Below, piece after piece: positions 11,401 through 23,152 of a DNA stretch of 64,000 nucleotides. The notes under the pieces are model-generated. The model was given only the letters and a program-made list of their open reading frames with translations. It was not told the origin of the DNA and searched no databases. The first letter of the stretch is position 1. The number at the start of each line of letters is the position of its first letter. Source of the stretch: Klebsormidium nitens (Eukaryota; Plantae; Klebsormidiophyceae); assembly GCA_000708835.1 (NCBI GenBank), contig DF237381.1, positions 14,945 through 78,944 of the forward strand. Direction: 5' to 3'. A program made the position numbers and the translations under genes.

Positions 11401-13441
11401 AAATAGCAGGGCCTTACCTGTGGGCGATGATATGCACCTTGTCCAGCTGGAACTCCGTCAGCATCTTTGTCAGGAAGTCGACGAAGTGCGCCACAGCCCA
11501 CATCGCGTTGCTCTCGTCGGCGCTGTAGCTGTCAATCGCCTGCAGGAAGCGGCTGCGGAGACGTCAGCTCCACTTCGTGCAGATCTGGGACATTATGCTT
11601 GAAGTTTGATGTGCATCTTTGTTGACCAGACCGTCAGTCAACTTGCCGTACTCTGCAAAAGGTCCTTGAAGTTCCGGATCTGTGCAAACGATCTTACACC
11701 TTACCGTCTCTGCAAATGGTCCTATACTTCTGAGGAGGTCCATAATAGTATGATGTCCGACACCGCTTGACAATTCGTTGTCAGAAGAAAGTCATCGCAA
11801 CGGAACCTGGCCCAGCATGGCCATCTATATTTGACAGCCCAATGTAAGGCAAAGCTTTCAAGCGGATTGTGGGACTCAGGAGAAGGGGGGGAATGTTTGG
11901 AACTCGTAAGCATTACAACGGGTCTTAGAACATATGCCAAATTTCGAAGACCCCAAACTTGGAACAGGGTGTTCTTTTTTCATTCCAATATTAGAGCAGC
12001 GGAACAGACTTTCTTCGCATCTGGGACGCCTTTCAAAGCTGCGGGCATGACGCATTAAAGTGTAACAGAGAGCTCGTAAAAAGGGCCTGGGTTGAGTGCT
12101 TTGCATTCGGACCGTTCCCAGCTGTTTGATCACTTGGGCTTCTCTTTGACAGCATCTGAGCTTACATACGCAGTGACTCTCGTTTGCAAGGAATGCTGGC
12201 AGGTCAGGACTTAGAATCTTTGATTCCTCTGTACAGGGAACTGAAGAGAGACGCCGGTGACTCAGCTCACGGTATCCAGTGGTGGCAAATTGAGCGTGTC
12301 CCGGGGGCACAAACAGAAAGTACGGACAGAAATGCCGTGTTAACTTCATTTGTCCTGGCAGGAAAGACAGGAAAAGTCCATGGTTGGAAGGGAGGGGGGC
12401 CCAAAGAAAGGAGATGGAATCCAGAGAAATGAGAAGCAAGCAAAAGAGGAAGCGTGATTAGGTACTACGCACCTGATAGGACGGCCAGCTGAACAAAAAC
12501 AGCGGCGCATCCTCCTGGATCTTATATGCGCAGAGCGCCATTTTCCTCGCCGCCGACCCAAACCGAAAGTTGAACCCGTGCACGTAAACAACCGCCTCGC
12601 TTTTCCCCTTGCTCCATCCGCGCTGGCCCCCCCGCCTCTGTCCCCTCAGAGTCTTATCCACATGCCGCCGATTCTGCGCCATGTGGTGTTTCAAATATTC
12701 CTGGCTCATTCCCATGCACTTGGTTATCATTAACCCGTCTCGAACCCCGGTCTTGGCCGTCCGAGCCCGATCCCAAAACCACCCAAAAGGGAGATCGGAA
12801 CGCGTCTGAGCAACGTTGTCAATGTCGGGAATGGAAACGCGCACAAGGCCCACGGAGACTTCGTCCGCTCGCTCAATGCCGTAAAAGGCTTCCGTGAGAT
12901 TATTCCCACTGGGCTGCCGGCAGGTGCCGTACCAGATGGGCACGTCCATGAAACCGGCGGCGTCTCCGGCCCCCTCGGAAGGACGCGACTGCCCTCGTTG
13001 CAGGTAATCATGCAGGCGATGAAAGCTCGTCAACAGATCTTCCTTCGATTTCCAGTCGACGGGAAGCGCCACATTTGCGACGTCCACTTTCTCCAGCAGA
13101 AAGCTGACGGTCTCTGCCGCTTCCGGGGAATTTTTGCAGTGCGCAATTACCGCGTCCGCAGCTTCACTCAGCTGAGCAGAGGTCACAGTTTGCAGGGGGG
13201 CTGTCGTGACTGGCTCCAAAATGGTCAGCAGCCCCCCGGCAAACTCATCCCAGCTGTCGCTGAGGTCGCGCCTGATGTCAGCGATGTGGATCAGAATGCT
13301 GAAAACAGCGGCGCTTTGGAGGAGGTGTTCTTGGTCCTGAGAACCAGAAGCTGTCTTTGTTAAGCGCAGGGTTTTGAGGAGGTTGGCGGGGATCAGGCCC
13401 GAAGGCCTGATGGTTCCGATGACTGAGCTAAATGAGTTCAT
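8398..13441 (-). CDS. DUF900-type alpha/beta hydrolase (esterase/lipase-like) with an unrecognised N-terminal region. Exons 13441-12473, 11539-11418, 10719-10569, 9467-9360, 8760-8398.
   Basis: Motifs appear in family order: VPIWYGTCR, VVYVHGFN, FSWPS, HIIAHSMG (nucleophile elbow, split by an intron), LVLAAPD, VTIYASSADQAL, VDLVDAT..LLGHGY. All four introns are GT-AG and phase-consistent. Confidence 0.88.
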
Positions 13442-16400
13442 TCTGACCTATTAGTTGGTCAACCTCTGCTGATTTGTTTCTGGTGAGCTTTCCAGCTCTT
13501 GACCTCTGCTTAGCTGCTTTTCTACAATGCTGCATTCCATCTGAACAGCATTCCTTGGAGTCGTGCTTTCGCTTCCCTGTGCCTTGTGGAAAACCTCACG
13601 TGTTTCAGACAGGCAACGCGGGGGCCTTGTTGCACTTCTCCCTATAGCTCAAACAAAGAATGGTCACCCAAGCAAGAGCTGATGAGTGAGTTTGGCTAAC
13701 CCAGAATCGCTACCCGGAAAGTAGGATACAATTGTAGTGAAGCACAGATGAAATGACCCCGTGGCTCCCACGCAAAACAAAAGGTGAGCAAGAATTGCAG
13801 ACGCCATACCACCTTCTCCTGTGGCTCACTCTGAAGGAATGCCAGCTCCAAGAGGGCTCCAAGGGTCGGCCAAGCCTACTATTTAATAGGCATGCATGTG
13901 CATTGTGCATCATTCAGCTTTGAAGTGTCCCTCCGGTTTTCAGGGCTGGAATGATGGGGCTGAAAATCACACGCGCAACTTGCAACCATGATTGAATCAG
14001 ATTGATCCCCACTATGCGACCTCTCCATGGCCCTGGGGGGGGTAGCTACCTATAATCCACAAGTTACGTGTACGGCCGGTCTCGGATGGTACAAGGGCTT
14101 AGGTTAGATACTGGTTTGGCTTGGGTTAGATCAGGTTAGATGACCTTCAACTGCTTGTTGCCTGCCCATCCGGGTTATCTCGATGTACCTTGATTTCAGG
14201 GTTTCTCGCTCTCCCAATAACTTACCCTATGCCTTTTTCACTCTCCATGACACCCCCGTATGATGCACATTGCAGTGACATTGGGGGAGGAAGAGTTGCT
14301 TCGTGATTGAGAGATTGTGCAAATCATGACGGCATTTAATGCAACCGGCCAGGTGGTGTCCTCATTATCATGATGGGTAGTTCAGGCTACAGAGTCGCAA
14401 TAGATACACCCACCCTAAAATTTAGAAAGTGTTCAACAACCAGAATCCATAGTAATCATCAGGGAGACCTACCTATTCCTATACCTACTGTATACATATT
14501 GGATCTGAAGCATTCCTTTCAAATGAGCTCGTGCTTCAGAAGTTGGAATCTCAGCTGGTAAGTTAGCGCCGCAAAAGTTTTCACTTGAGCACTAGTCCTA
14601 CCCTTCACTAACATTGCCGGGCAGAAGATCTAGAGTCCGTCGCACTCTCGCTTCTTTTTCACAACCTCGCGCTGAAAAGGAAATCTCAAGGATGTTTGAG
14701 ACCTCTTTGAGAAACCTTTTCCGTTTGCCCACAGCTCATGAGCTGGCTGAAATTGCAGATGCTTGAGGGAAAAGGAAGCTACATTTACTGGCGTGTGGCG
14801 TGTGTTCCAAGAAGGTAAGCTCGTCAGAGCTTGTCATCATTAGTAGCTCTGCGTGTTTTAGGCTCGGATGTACGTGTGTCACATCTTAAACGTAGAACAT
14901 GCTGTTCTCAGCACAACCTGCAAAGTCCACTCTTTTGTTGCGCTCCTTACACATTTTGCACTCCAGCCCAAATATGTCTCTCCATATTGAGGTGGATCAC
15001 CAGTTCAGAGAGCAGCCAGAAAAAATGCAGGCCCCTTTCCTCACTTGCCGCTGAGCGCGGCAAGCATAGTTCTTTCAAGCTTCAAATCCTGCGGTGTCAA
15101 ACCTCAAGTTTCTGTATACTGTAAAGGCAGACACTTCACTCTTTGAGAAAGACATTTCTGCCGTTCCATCAGGAGCTTTGAAGTTTTTGGGGTGGAAAGC
15201 GTGCGCGCTGTTCAATGCCAGAAGTTTGGAGCGTGCGACAGTTTGCAGATTGTCCTGTGTTAATGGTCATCTGTCTTCGACCTTAGCAACAGCAGAGAGC
15301 TGTCAGCTTCAGTGATGAGATGAGAAGAGCGCTCTGCTTGACTGTGTTTGTTCACTGAGTCTCTGGTGCCAAGGTTGCTGCTACCATGTTTTCAATAAGT
15401 GTGTTCACAGTAGCTGTTTCCATATATAGACTTTCTGCAAAGCATTGGTGAAGGCAAACCCTCTCTTATAATGATTAGGCAGAACCATATCAACGTTGGG
15501 CTTCAGTCCGGGGTGAAGCAAACCCCGGAGCTTTTACAACACAAGAAGTACATGGTTTCTTTTCAGTGCTGCCCTCCAATACTCTTGAGCTTGCCACGTC
15601 GTGTGTCATCATAAGTGGTTACTTTCTCTCTGCCTAACCATGCCCCTAATGCTTCTCCTTGCAGCTGCAACGTGCTTTGTCTCGGGCTTTCCGGCAAGCC
15701 CCGTTTGCTTACAGCCCATGAAGAAATTTCCGCTTTAAGGATACTGATTGCTGGGCAGATCTCGATGAGCAGAGGTTAAGCTGCCAGCAAGCTAGGGAGG
15801 ACAATATTACAGGACCAGAGTTTTCTGAGTCAAGAGGTTTCAAGTTGCGGGCTCTACACAGAGGGGCTTCACAGACTTGACAAACCCAGGCAATTCTTTC
15901 AACTCCTAAGCTTGCTTCTCAGACTTTCTTCCTTCACGAGGACTTACATTAGGCTCACTCAGCCTACGTGCCAGCTCAAAAGGGCTCCGACTGCTGCTCA
16001 AGGAGCCCTCTGAATCTTGTCAGCACCTAGCCAAGAAGTTCTCATAACGTGTTGGGTTTACAAGAAGCTGGGTTTACAAGATGCTGCTGAGCAGCCAAAA
16101 GCCAGGTCTTTGTGACTCTGGCTGAAAACCATTGCAGAAAGGCTTGCTCTGTCAAAGTGGAACCGCAGCTTTGTGTAGTGTCCAATTGAAGTTTTACAGT
16201 TGGCCACCCTTCATTCCTGTGGGGGCTGATTCTTTCAAGCCAGATGGCTTGTTGATTCTACGTAGTCTCATCCCACCACATTCCTTTTCGTGTTGATACA
16301 CTCCAACTTGGTATAATCTGTTACAGTCCCTTTGCACTGGTTTCCTCACAGAGTGGATACTTTTCCACCTTAAACTGCTACACCTTCAATTAGAATGATG

Positions 16401-16502
16401 CGTAATTAGCAATTGACATTCCTGCTTTCTCCCTCCAGGATGAGTAGCTTCAAGCAAAGCAAGAGTAGCTGACTGACAGTTGCATTTTCCGCCTTTCTGC
16501 AG

Positions 16503-19500
16503 ATGGATATCTTCAAGCTGAACCCGTTTGCAGTGAAACCCAAGCCGTGCTGGGCGCTCTCCATTCCACTATCTCTGGTGCTAACCACGGCGGTGGGCCT
16601 TGGGACAGCCTTTTTCATTATTGCTGTGAGTCAACAGAACATTAATCTTCTAACCATCTGTCCCGTCTTCTTTTTGAGTTGTTAAGTTTTCGCCCCACCT
16701 TGGGGACCAAAAGCCCAAACGCACATTTGTTCCAATCACTCCGCCCACCTTCCTACCTACTTTTGGCAACGATATCGGGGCCTGGAATAGCGTTTCCATG
16801 GGGATCGTGGAGCCACGTGAGATCCATCAAGTCTGACGCCCTGTCCCTTTCTCTTGTCTTCAATGGGAGTCCTGTCGTTTGACTCGTAATGAGAGTCCTG
16901 AGCTTAGGGTGTCAGGTAGAGTGGTCGTACAGCTCACCAAAGGTTGAACTAAATTTCGCAGCCGTCCTTGGCGGTTCATTGGCGAAGGGTCCAAGCTTGA
17001 AAAGCTGCAAAGTTGCATTCCTTTGCAAAGTCGGCAGCTCCTCAGTGTAAACGCGCCGCCCTCTTGAATCATCGCTTAGGGCTGAAAGCTTCTTCCTTCC
17101 GCTCACCAACAATGAGCTATTACAAGCTGTTGCCTCATGAGAACAGAGTCGTGCCAAGGTTTCTATTCAGAGATTTCGAACCGTTGAATCAGCAATTAAC
17201 TGTCATTCTGATCGAGATTTGGAAGACTGAGGTCGAGATAATATGACCTCATGTTCGGTCTTCTGTTTGCTCAGACCCCATGTCTGTCTATATTAAGCGA
17301 ACTAGTCTCCTTCTTTCGTCCTTCGACTGTCGGCAAGCAAACAGTGTAAAGCTTCATTACGACAGTTCATACATTCAGCGGTGTGTTCCAAAAAGTAGTT
17401 AAAGTCATTTAACGCTTGAATTCTCACTCTGTCTTGCAGAACTTAACCCTTCTTACCGAGCCCACGGTAACCGAGAAAATCAAGGCGGCCGCGCCGCCAT
17501 TACCGTTCATCTACTTGTGCCCCAGCAAGCGGCCGTACACAATGTCAGGACCAATCTACGTGGGCTGCGGAGATAACATCTCCGATACTGCATACCCCCT
17601 GCAAAGAACTCCCGACGGCATCAGCACCCGCGCCGGGGGGCTGTGCACCCTCCAGCAGCTTGTGACGATCAAGGTGCGCTCCCGGGTGATGCATTTGCTG
17701 ATGTCATCAGGCGTAAGGTTGTGTGCTCTGACAAGGGCAGGTTGTTTTGGTGGCTTCGGAGGACGTGAGCTCTGCTGACGTCACCTGAGGCCATGTTGCG
17801 GTTCAGTGCATATTCGTCGCTTCAAAGGTTGCGTTTTGAAGCAGGGCTTCGGAGCCATTTGATTCGTTTTGGAGCGATTTTCAACCCAGCGATGAAACGT
17901 AATGACGAAAGACGTCTAATCTGTAGAATCCTCGTATTTGTGTCCCATCGAAGCACTCAGGTTCCGGCGCGAAACCAAGACACTACTTGCTTGTGACCGA
18001 TCATAGACCGAGACGTGGAGCAGCCTGGATGACACTCAGTGCGTGGTCTGAGAAGGACCCCGACACTCTTACGTTGACACGCTCTTGTTCGTGTGTCGAC
18101 AGATAATGGACCGGGACGTGGGCGGCCCGGTTGACACTCAGTGCGTGGTGTTCCAGCACATCGTAGCGAACAAGGACATCCCCTGGAAGACGCAGGTTTA
18201 CATGATGCTCTCGCGTAACCAATTTACGGCAGGGCTCTCGACGACGACTCTCGACACCGTTCCAAGTAAGCCGCACGATCACTTGGTGAAACCGTTGGCT
18301 TTGCAGTCATCTTACCCGTTTGCTTCTTTCCTGGGTCGTTTCAAGAAACCAAATTGATGGCCGCGGTTGGCAGGACGACGCTCGATGCCGCGCCAAGGAT
18401 GCGACACCAGACTTTGTGTTCGCTCAGTTCGTCTGCCATGCCGGTTCTTGAAAACAATCGAGTCTACGACAGGGCTCTCGACAAAGGCATTAAGCAACAT
18501 TTGTAAGTACATCCCACTGCATTTGCTGAATCCCCGCGTTTGCATTGTCGTCGAAGCCAACAGATCACCAGCCAGTCGCGGTCGAGGGTGAACACCATCA
18601 GATGCTACCCATAAATCTCTTGTTTTTCAGTAGGTTTGAACACCTCTCTCTCGGTTTACCGCCCTGGCAAATAGTCGACGTCTTCACTCTGAAAGCCAAT
18701 CAAGGCTTCCTGCAAAAATGTTTCCCGAGATCCAAAGTCTAACAGCTTGCGAAGCGAAAACTTTACCGCGAAAAGAAGTAGGTCTACTTATGTGCTTATC
18801 CATTTATTCCTTCTCTACCAGTGGGTTCAGACGAGTGACATTCAATCAACGGCTCCGGAAAACAAACAACACGTTCAGTCAGGCAAGCAACCAGGGCTAA
18901 TGCTGCTCTCGTCAGACTCTCAAACAAGTAACCAACCAGCAAGTTTTATTTAGCAGATTTCCCCCATTTTCAGTCGGTCGTATCGTGTGCTAACCCGTTC
19001 TCTCCTTCTCTTCCAGTGGGTTTGAACTGTTAGAAGTATTTGAGCACTGCCACTCGGGCCACACTGGCGCCAGTGTGGCCCGAGTGGCAGTGCGCAAATA
19101 CTTCTAACAAAAATGCGGTGACCGGACTGGGTTCGATTCCCAGCGAGAACGCGAAGTTTTGCGGCTGGCTGCGCAAAAAGGTTGCCCAGGGGTGGCGTAA
19201 AAAGTGAGCTCAGGAAAAGGGCCGCTTTCGAAGTCCTGAGGGGATGGCGTCAGTTACTTCCTTGGTCGGAAGGAGAGGCTCGACTGGAATACTTCTAACA
19301 TGAACGCCTACCTCTCAGTCAACGACACCTTCAGCCTGGAAGCCAACCAGGGCTTTATGCGAAACGTGGTCAAAATAAACAAGGTCAACGGCTCGCAGGA
19401 TTGAATAACCCCGCTTTTAAAAGTAGGTTTTGTTTTGCGCTAACCCACCCTTTTGTCCTCTTGCAGTGGGTTTAAACGCCTACCTCTCGGTTTACGGCCC

Positions 19501-21299
19501 TGGCAACATTAACGACACCTTCAGCCTGGAAGCGAATCAGGGTTTCCTGCGAAACGTGGTCGAGATAAACAAGGTCAACGGCCTGCAGAAGTACGAGGAG
19601 GGCGCATTCTTCCTCCCGGTTTCGGTGCTGTCCGCGTTCAAGGTGCAGAAGATCAGCCGCATCTTCCAGGTGCATTCGGCGCGGTCGCTAAGAACCTTCG
19701 CCAAGGGAAGCAAGCCGGTAAGGAGTTGAATAGTAACTCGGCTTCTTGTATCAGACCTGCCGTTACGTTACCGTTACAAGTTTCTTGGTTTCGGTGCTGT
19801 CCGCGTTCAAGCTTGAGAAGATGAGCCGCATCTTCCAGGTGCATTCGGTGCGGTTGTTGCGGGCCTTTGCCGAGGAGTGAGGAGACGGGTGGTAGTTGAG
19901 TTTTTCACTTCAGTCTTGCCGTCACTTTGTTGCTGTCCAAGCTTCCCAGTCGTTACCACCTTTCGCCAAGGGAGGCAAGCCGGCAAGGTAACCGGTCGTG
20001 AACGAGCTGTCTGATACAGACTTGCCGTTACTGTACTGTTCAACTTTTTCAAACGCTGCGAGCCTTTCGCCAAGGCAGGCAACCCGGCAAGGGACCCGGG
20101 AACCTTCTAGAAACCGAGGTTTTCTAGTTTTAGCTATTTAGGCTAGCTTCAACTTTACCGGTTTATTGAAGATCTTTCACTACCAGCCTTGGACCAGCGG
20201 AACTTGTTCTCGAAAGAGGTGCTCGAACCGCAGTTGACTCCAGACAGGGAGAAATTAATCGTGCGGTCAGGAAGAGATCTGTCTGGAGAGTGGTTGGAGA
20301 TCGATGCAGCCAGACGTGCAATCAACCGTTGAACATAAAAACCCAAACGGGTTGACCAATTTCATTCTCCCTTGTTGGAGTGCTGCCGAAAGCCGCCCTA
20401 AGTCAGGTTGAACACGTGTCCTGAAAAGCCTCACGGTTGCGATGGTCTTTCCCACGTTCTGCAGAAGCTTATTGGGCTCACCGGCGTCGACGGTTCGACC
20501 ACCGCGCCGCTGCCCAACCTAGTTAGGGCTTTTGCAGCTGCATCTGAAATTGTTACCACCTCTTTGCAGATCATCAAGTTCACCGGCGTCGACGGCTCGA
20601 CCAAAGCGCCCCTGCCCAACCTAGTTACAAAGATTGCATCCTTGAATTACTGCGGGCGGGCTTATCTAAGAAGTTGAAGTTATTGCTGTCTGCAGATTAT
20701 CAAGTTCACCGGCGTTGACGTCTCGACCAACGCGCCGCTGCCCAGCCTAGTTCCCGGCCTCCTCCGACTGCATTTGAAATCGTTACCACCTCCTTGCAGA
20801 TCATCCCGGCGTCGACGGCTCCACCAACGCGCCCCTGCCCAACCTAGTTATGAAGGTGCCCATATTTAATAAACCTGGGCGAATCTTTAAAGACCGTTAT
20901 TGCTGTCCGCAGATCATCAGATTCACCGGCGTCGACGGCTCGACTAACGCGCCTCTGCCCAACCTAGTTCCCGGCCTCATCCGGCTGCACGGCGTCGCGG
21001 CCGCGGACGCGGACGACTTCGAAGCCGCGGCCGCGTCGATCAGCATCAGTTTCGACGAAGTTAAGTACACCGAGATCAACCAGGTCGGGGTTATCCTGCT
21101 GCTCGTGGGGATCATCCCGGTGTATCTAGGCATGGCGGCGAAACTGTGGGCGTGGGTCTTCGCGCCGTTTCCCAAGCCGGGCCCTGCTCCAAGCCAGCAC
21201 TTTTTGGGGTACCTCCGGAAAGCCCCCGAGGAGCCGAAGAAGGACGAGGAAGCGGTGCCGGCGGGGGACGAGATGACGGAACAGTTTATGAAGAAGTAA
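16503..21299 (+). CDS. ~369-aa protein with two transmembrane helices flanking a ~270-aa loop; function unassigned, DEG/ENaC-like motif placement (see findings). Exons 16503-16625, 17440-17673, 18103-18265, 19467-19669, 20913-21299.
   Basis: Phase-consistent GT-AG splicing (0, 0, 1, 0). Hydrophobic segments WALSIPLSLVLTTAVGLGTAFFIIA and VGVILLLVGIIPVYLGMAAKLWAWVFAPF. The first ATG follows an acceptor (ttctgcag|atg), so an upstream exon may exist. Confidence 0.75.
19028..19300. mobile_element. 273-bp insertion with TG...CA ends, 13-bp terminal inverted repeats, 5-bp TSD and an internal tRNA-derived segment (solo-LTR-like or MITE/SINE hybrid)
   Basis: Ends are tgttagaagtatt and aatacttctaaca. 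TSD tgaac lies at 19023-19027 and 19301-19305. Removing the element restores a decayed copy of exon 4 (tgggtttgaac-gcctacctctc versus tgggtttaaacgcctacctctc). Confidence 0.85.
19069..19143 (+). other. tRNA-Arg(UCU)-like head with Pol III A and B boxes; not a functional tRNA
   Basis: A-box-like tggcccgagtgg at 19076-19087, anticodon-loop-like cttctaa, and a perfect T-arm ctggg-ttcgatt-cccag at 19127-19143. The anticodon and acceptor stems do not pair. Confidence 0.65.
20440..20912 (+). repeat. Four decayed tandem copies of the intron-tail plus exon-5 start of the two-TM gene
   Basis: gcag|..tcaccggcgtcgacgg.tcgacc..cgcgcc.ctgcccaacctagtt starts at about 20465, 20570, 20696 and 20800; the true exon starts at 20913. 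Confidence 0.9.
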
Positions 21300-23152
21300 G
21301 AGGAGCTGCGCAGTCGTTGGTCTGCCGTTCAGAACATAACGGAGAGTGTTGGAAACGTTACGTTGCTATGGTGCTATGTTGCTATGTTGTTGAAAGCAAG
21401 TCGACGCGTCTTCAAGGAGGTTTCCGGCAGGTAGTACTAGGGAAAAGAGAGGTGATGAAGCGGTGAAGGCAGCTCACGGGCCGCTGATTTGGGTAGGCTC
21501 CGCTGCTGCCTTCGTTGGAGAGTTTCCTGAAAATCAATATTCTCGCAAGGAGAAGGCTAAAGACAGGAACATTCCTCGGAGATGAAGACCCGTTAACGGA
21601 GCCGATATGAAGGACTTGGATCAGTTGAAGACCCTGCAGTCCCGCTTTTTAGCTGTAGATATAAGCTCGCTCGCAACCCGTTGCGTCGTAGATATTGCGT
21701 GGGGACCGCTTACTTATTAGGGGCATCAGGTGGGTATAGTCACCTGAAAAAGTTGCACGGCGGTCAACCCGCTAGGAGGAACAGATTGGCACAACCGCTA
21801 GAAAAATATTTGACCAGTCGGAAGCAGTGACACCAGCGGAGAAGTTCAAAAGAGCAGCGCCGGCGCGCAATGCAGAGTAGAAAGAACTTAGCAGAAGGCA
21901 TTTGAGCAAGAACGAGGAAAAAGGTCGGAACCGGTTTCGCGGTTACTAGACGAGCTCGAGACAGCCTTCTTGGATTGAACATCAAATGAGCCTGCTTAGA
22001 ACTCTCAAACGACAGTTGCGGTTTCAGGTCAGGGTACCATACGAGTGCCTCAGAGGGGCCGCAGTCAGACTCTCTCAGTTGGACACCGTAACTTATTGCC
22101 CCAGCGGCGCATGTGGAGGTCGATCTTCAGATTCCGACTTGAAATACAATCGCGGCCACGACTCGGAGTGGCGGAAGGATCGACTCTGCATCGCTACTCC
22201 ATGATCTGTACATCTTAATTTCATACCACATGCAATAACCAGTCAACCCAAGCAGCATGGAGATGTGCAGGTGTGCGACTCTGGCGAACATGCGGTTCAC
22301 TCTTGGCTGATTGTATGATGCGTGAATTTTGAGATGGCCGTGGTCAAGCTGACCCGGCATCATCAAATTCTACCATGGCCGGCCGCGCAGCACGGCCCGA
22401 CCCGGGGGCCCGCGGGCCCGCGATCAATCAGAGTCACGCATTCACTTTTGCGGCAACTTGCTAACTTGCTCAGACAATATGGTCACCATATATGCCCCAC
22501 GCAACGCCGGCCCTACATTAGTCTGTCGGACGGTACATTAGTTCTAGATGCATGAAAGCTGACACATGACGGTCTGAGACTGACTCACACTGAAAAGTCG
22601 GGAACCATGATCATTCTGAGTCCGATCCCACTCCGGCTCTGGCCGGGCGGCCAGCCTGGTGGACCCGTATATACGTGCCGACAGCAGGGTAGATGTGCAA
22701 CTGAGTATATTGTACTAAGAACTAATGATCGATTGCAAAGTGGTCGAGCGGATCCGATTCTCGAGGCAGGCTCAGCCCGCGCGCTCGATAGCGCGGTTGG
22801 CGGGCTTTATCTTTAAGTGACGAACTATAGTTAGTTATGGCCTACTAGCCAGGTTGCAATCATCATGCACAGTACGGTACCCAATTATAGCTAAAGTGGG
22901 CTGCAATGATGGCTATATGCCATCTCATGGAAGGTACATATACGTGTCCGCGTCCACTCAGTGTTCTGTCGTAAGAAGGAGGCCGAGAGCTCATGATGAG
23001 CTCTGGCATGAATTGCCGTGGAACAAAGCAAAAGCCTTCGATCAGAAATGTGTACTAAGTTAAGGTTTGGCATCCGATCTACAATACACTCATATACTAC
23101 AAATAGTAAGTTGCACAAAGCAAACATATTGCAATCGGTTCAACGTCTCCGA

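Noticed and set aside
19069-19150. Functional tRNA gene, including a possible CTA-anticodon suppressor reading of ttctaac
   Set aside because: The anticodon and acceptor stems do not pair, the loop register fits TCT (cttctaa), and the sequence lies inside a TSD-flanked insertion.
22127-22850. Possible transposon remnant with GC-rich palindromes (cacggcccgacccgggggcccgcgggcccgcg)
   Set aside because: No TIR/TSD pair or transposase motif could be established.
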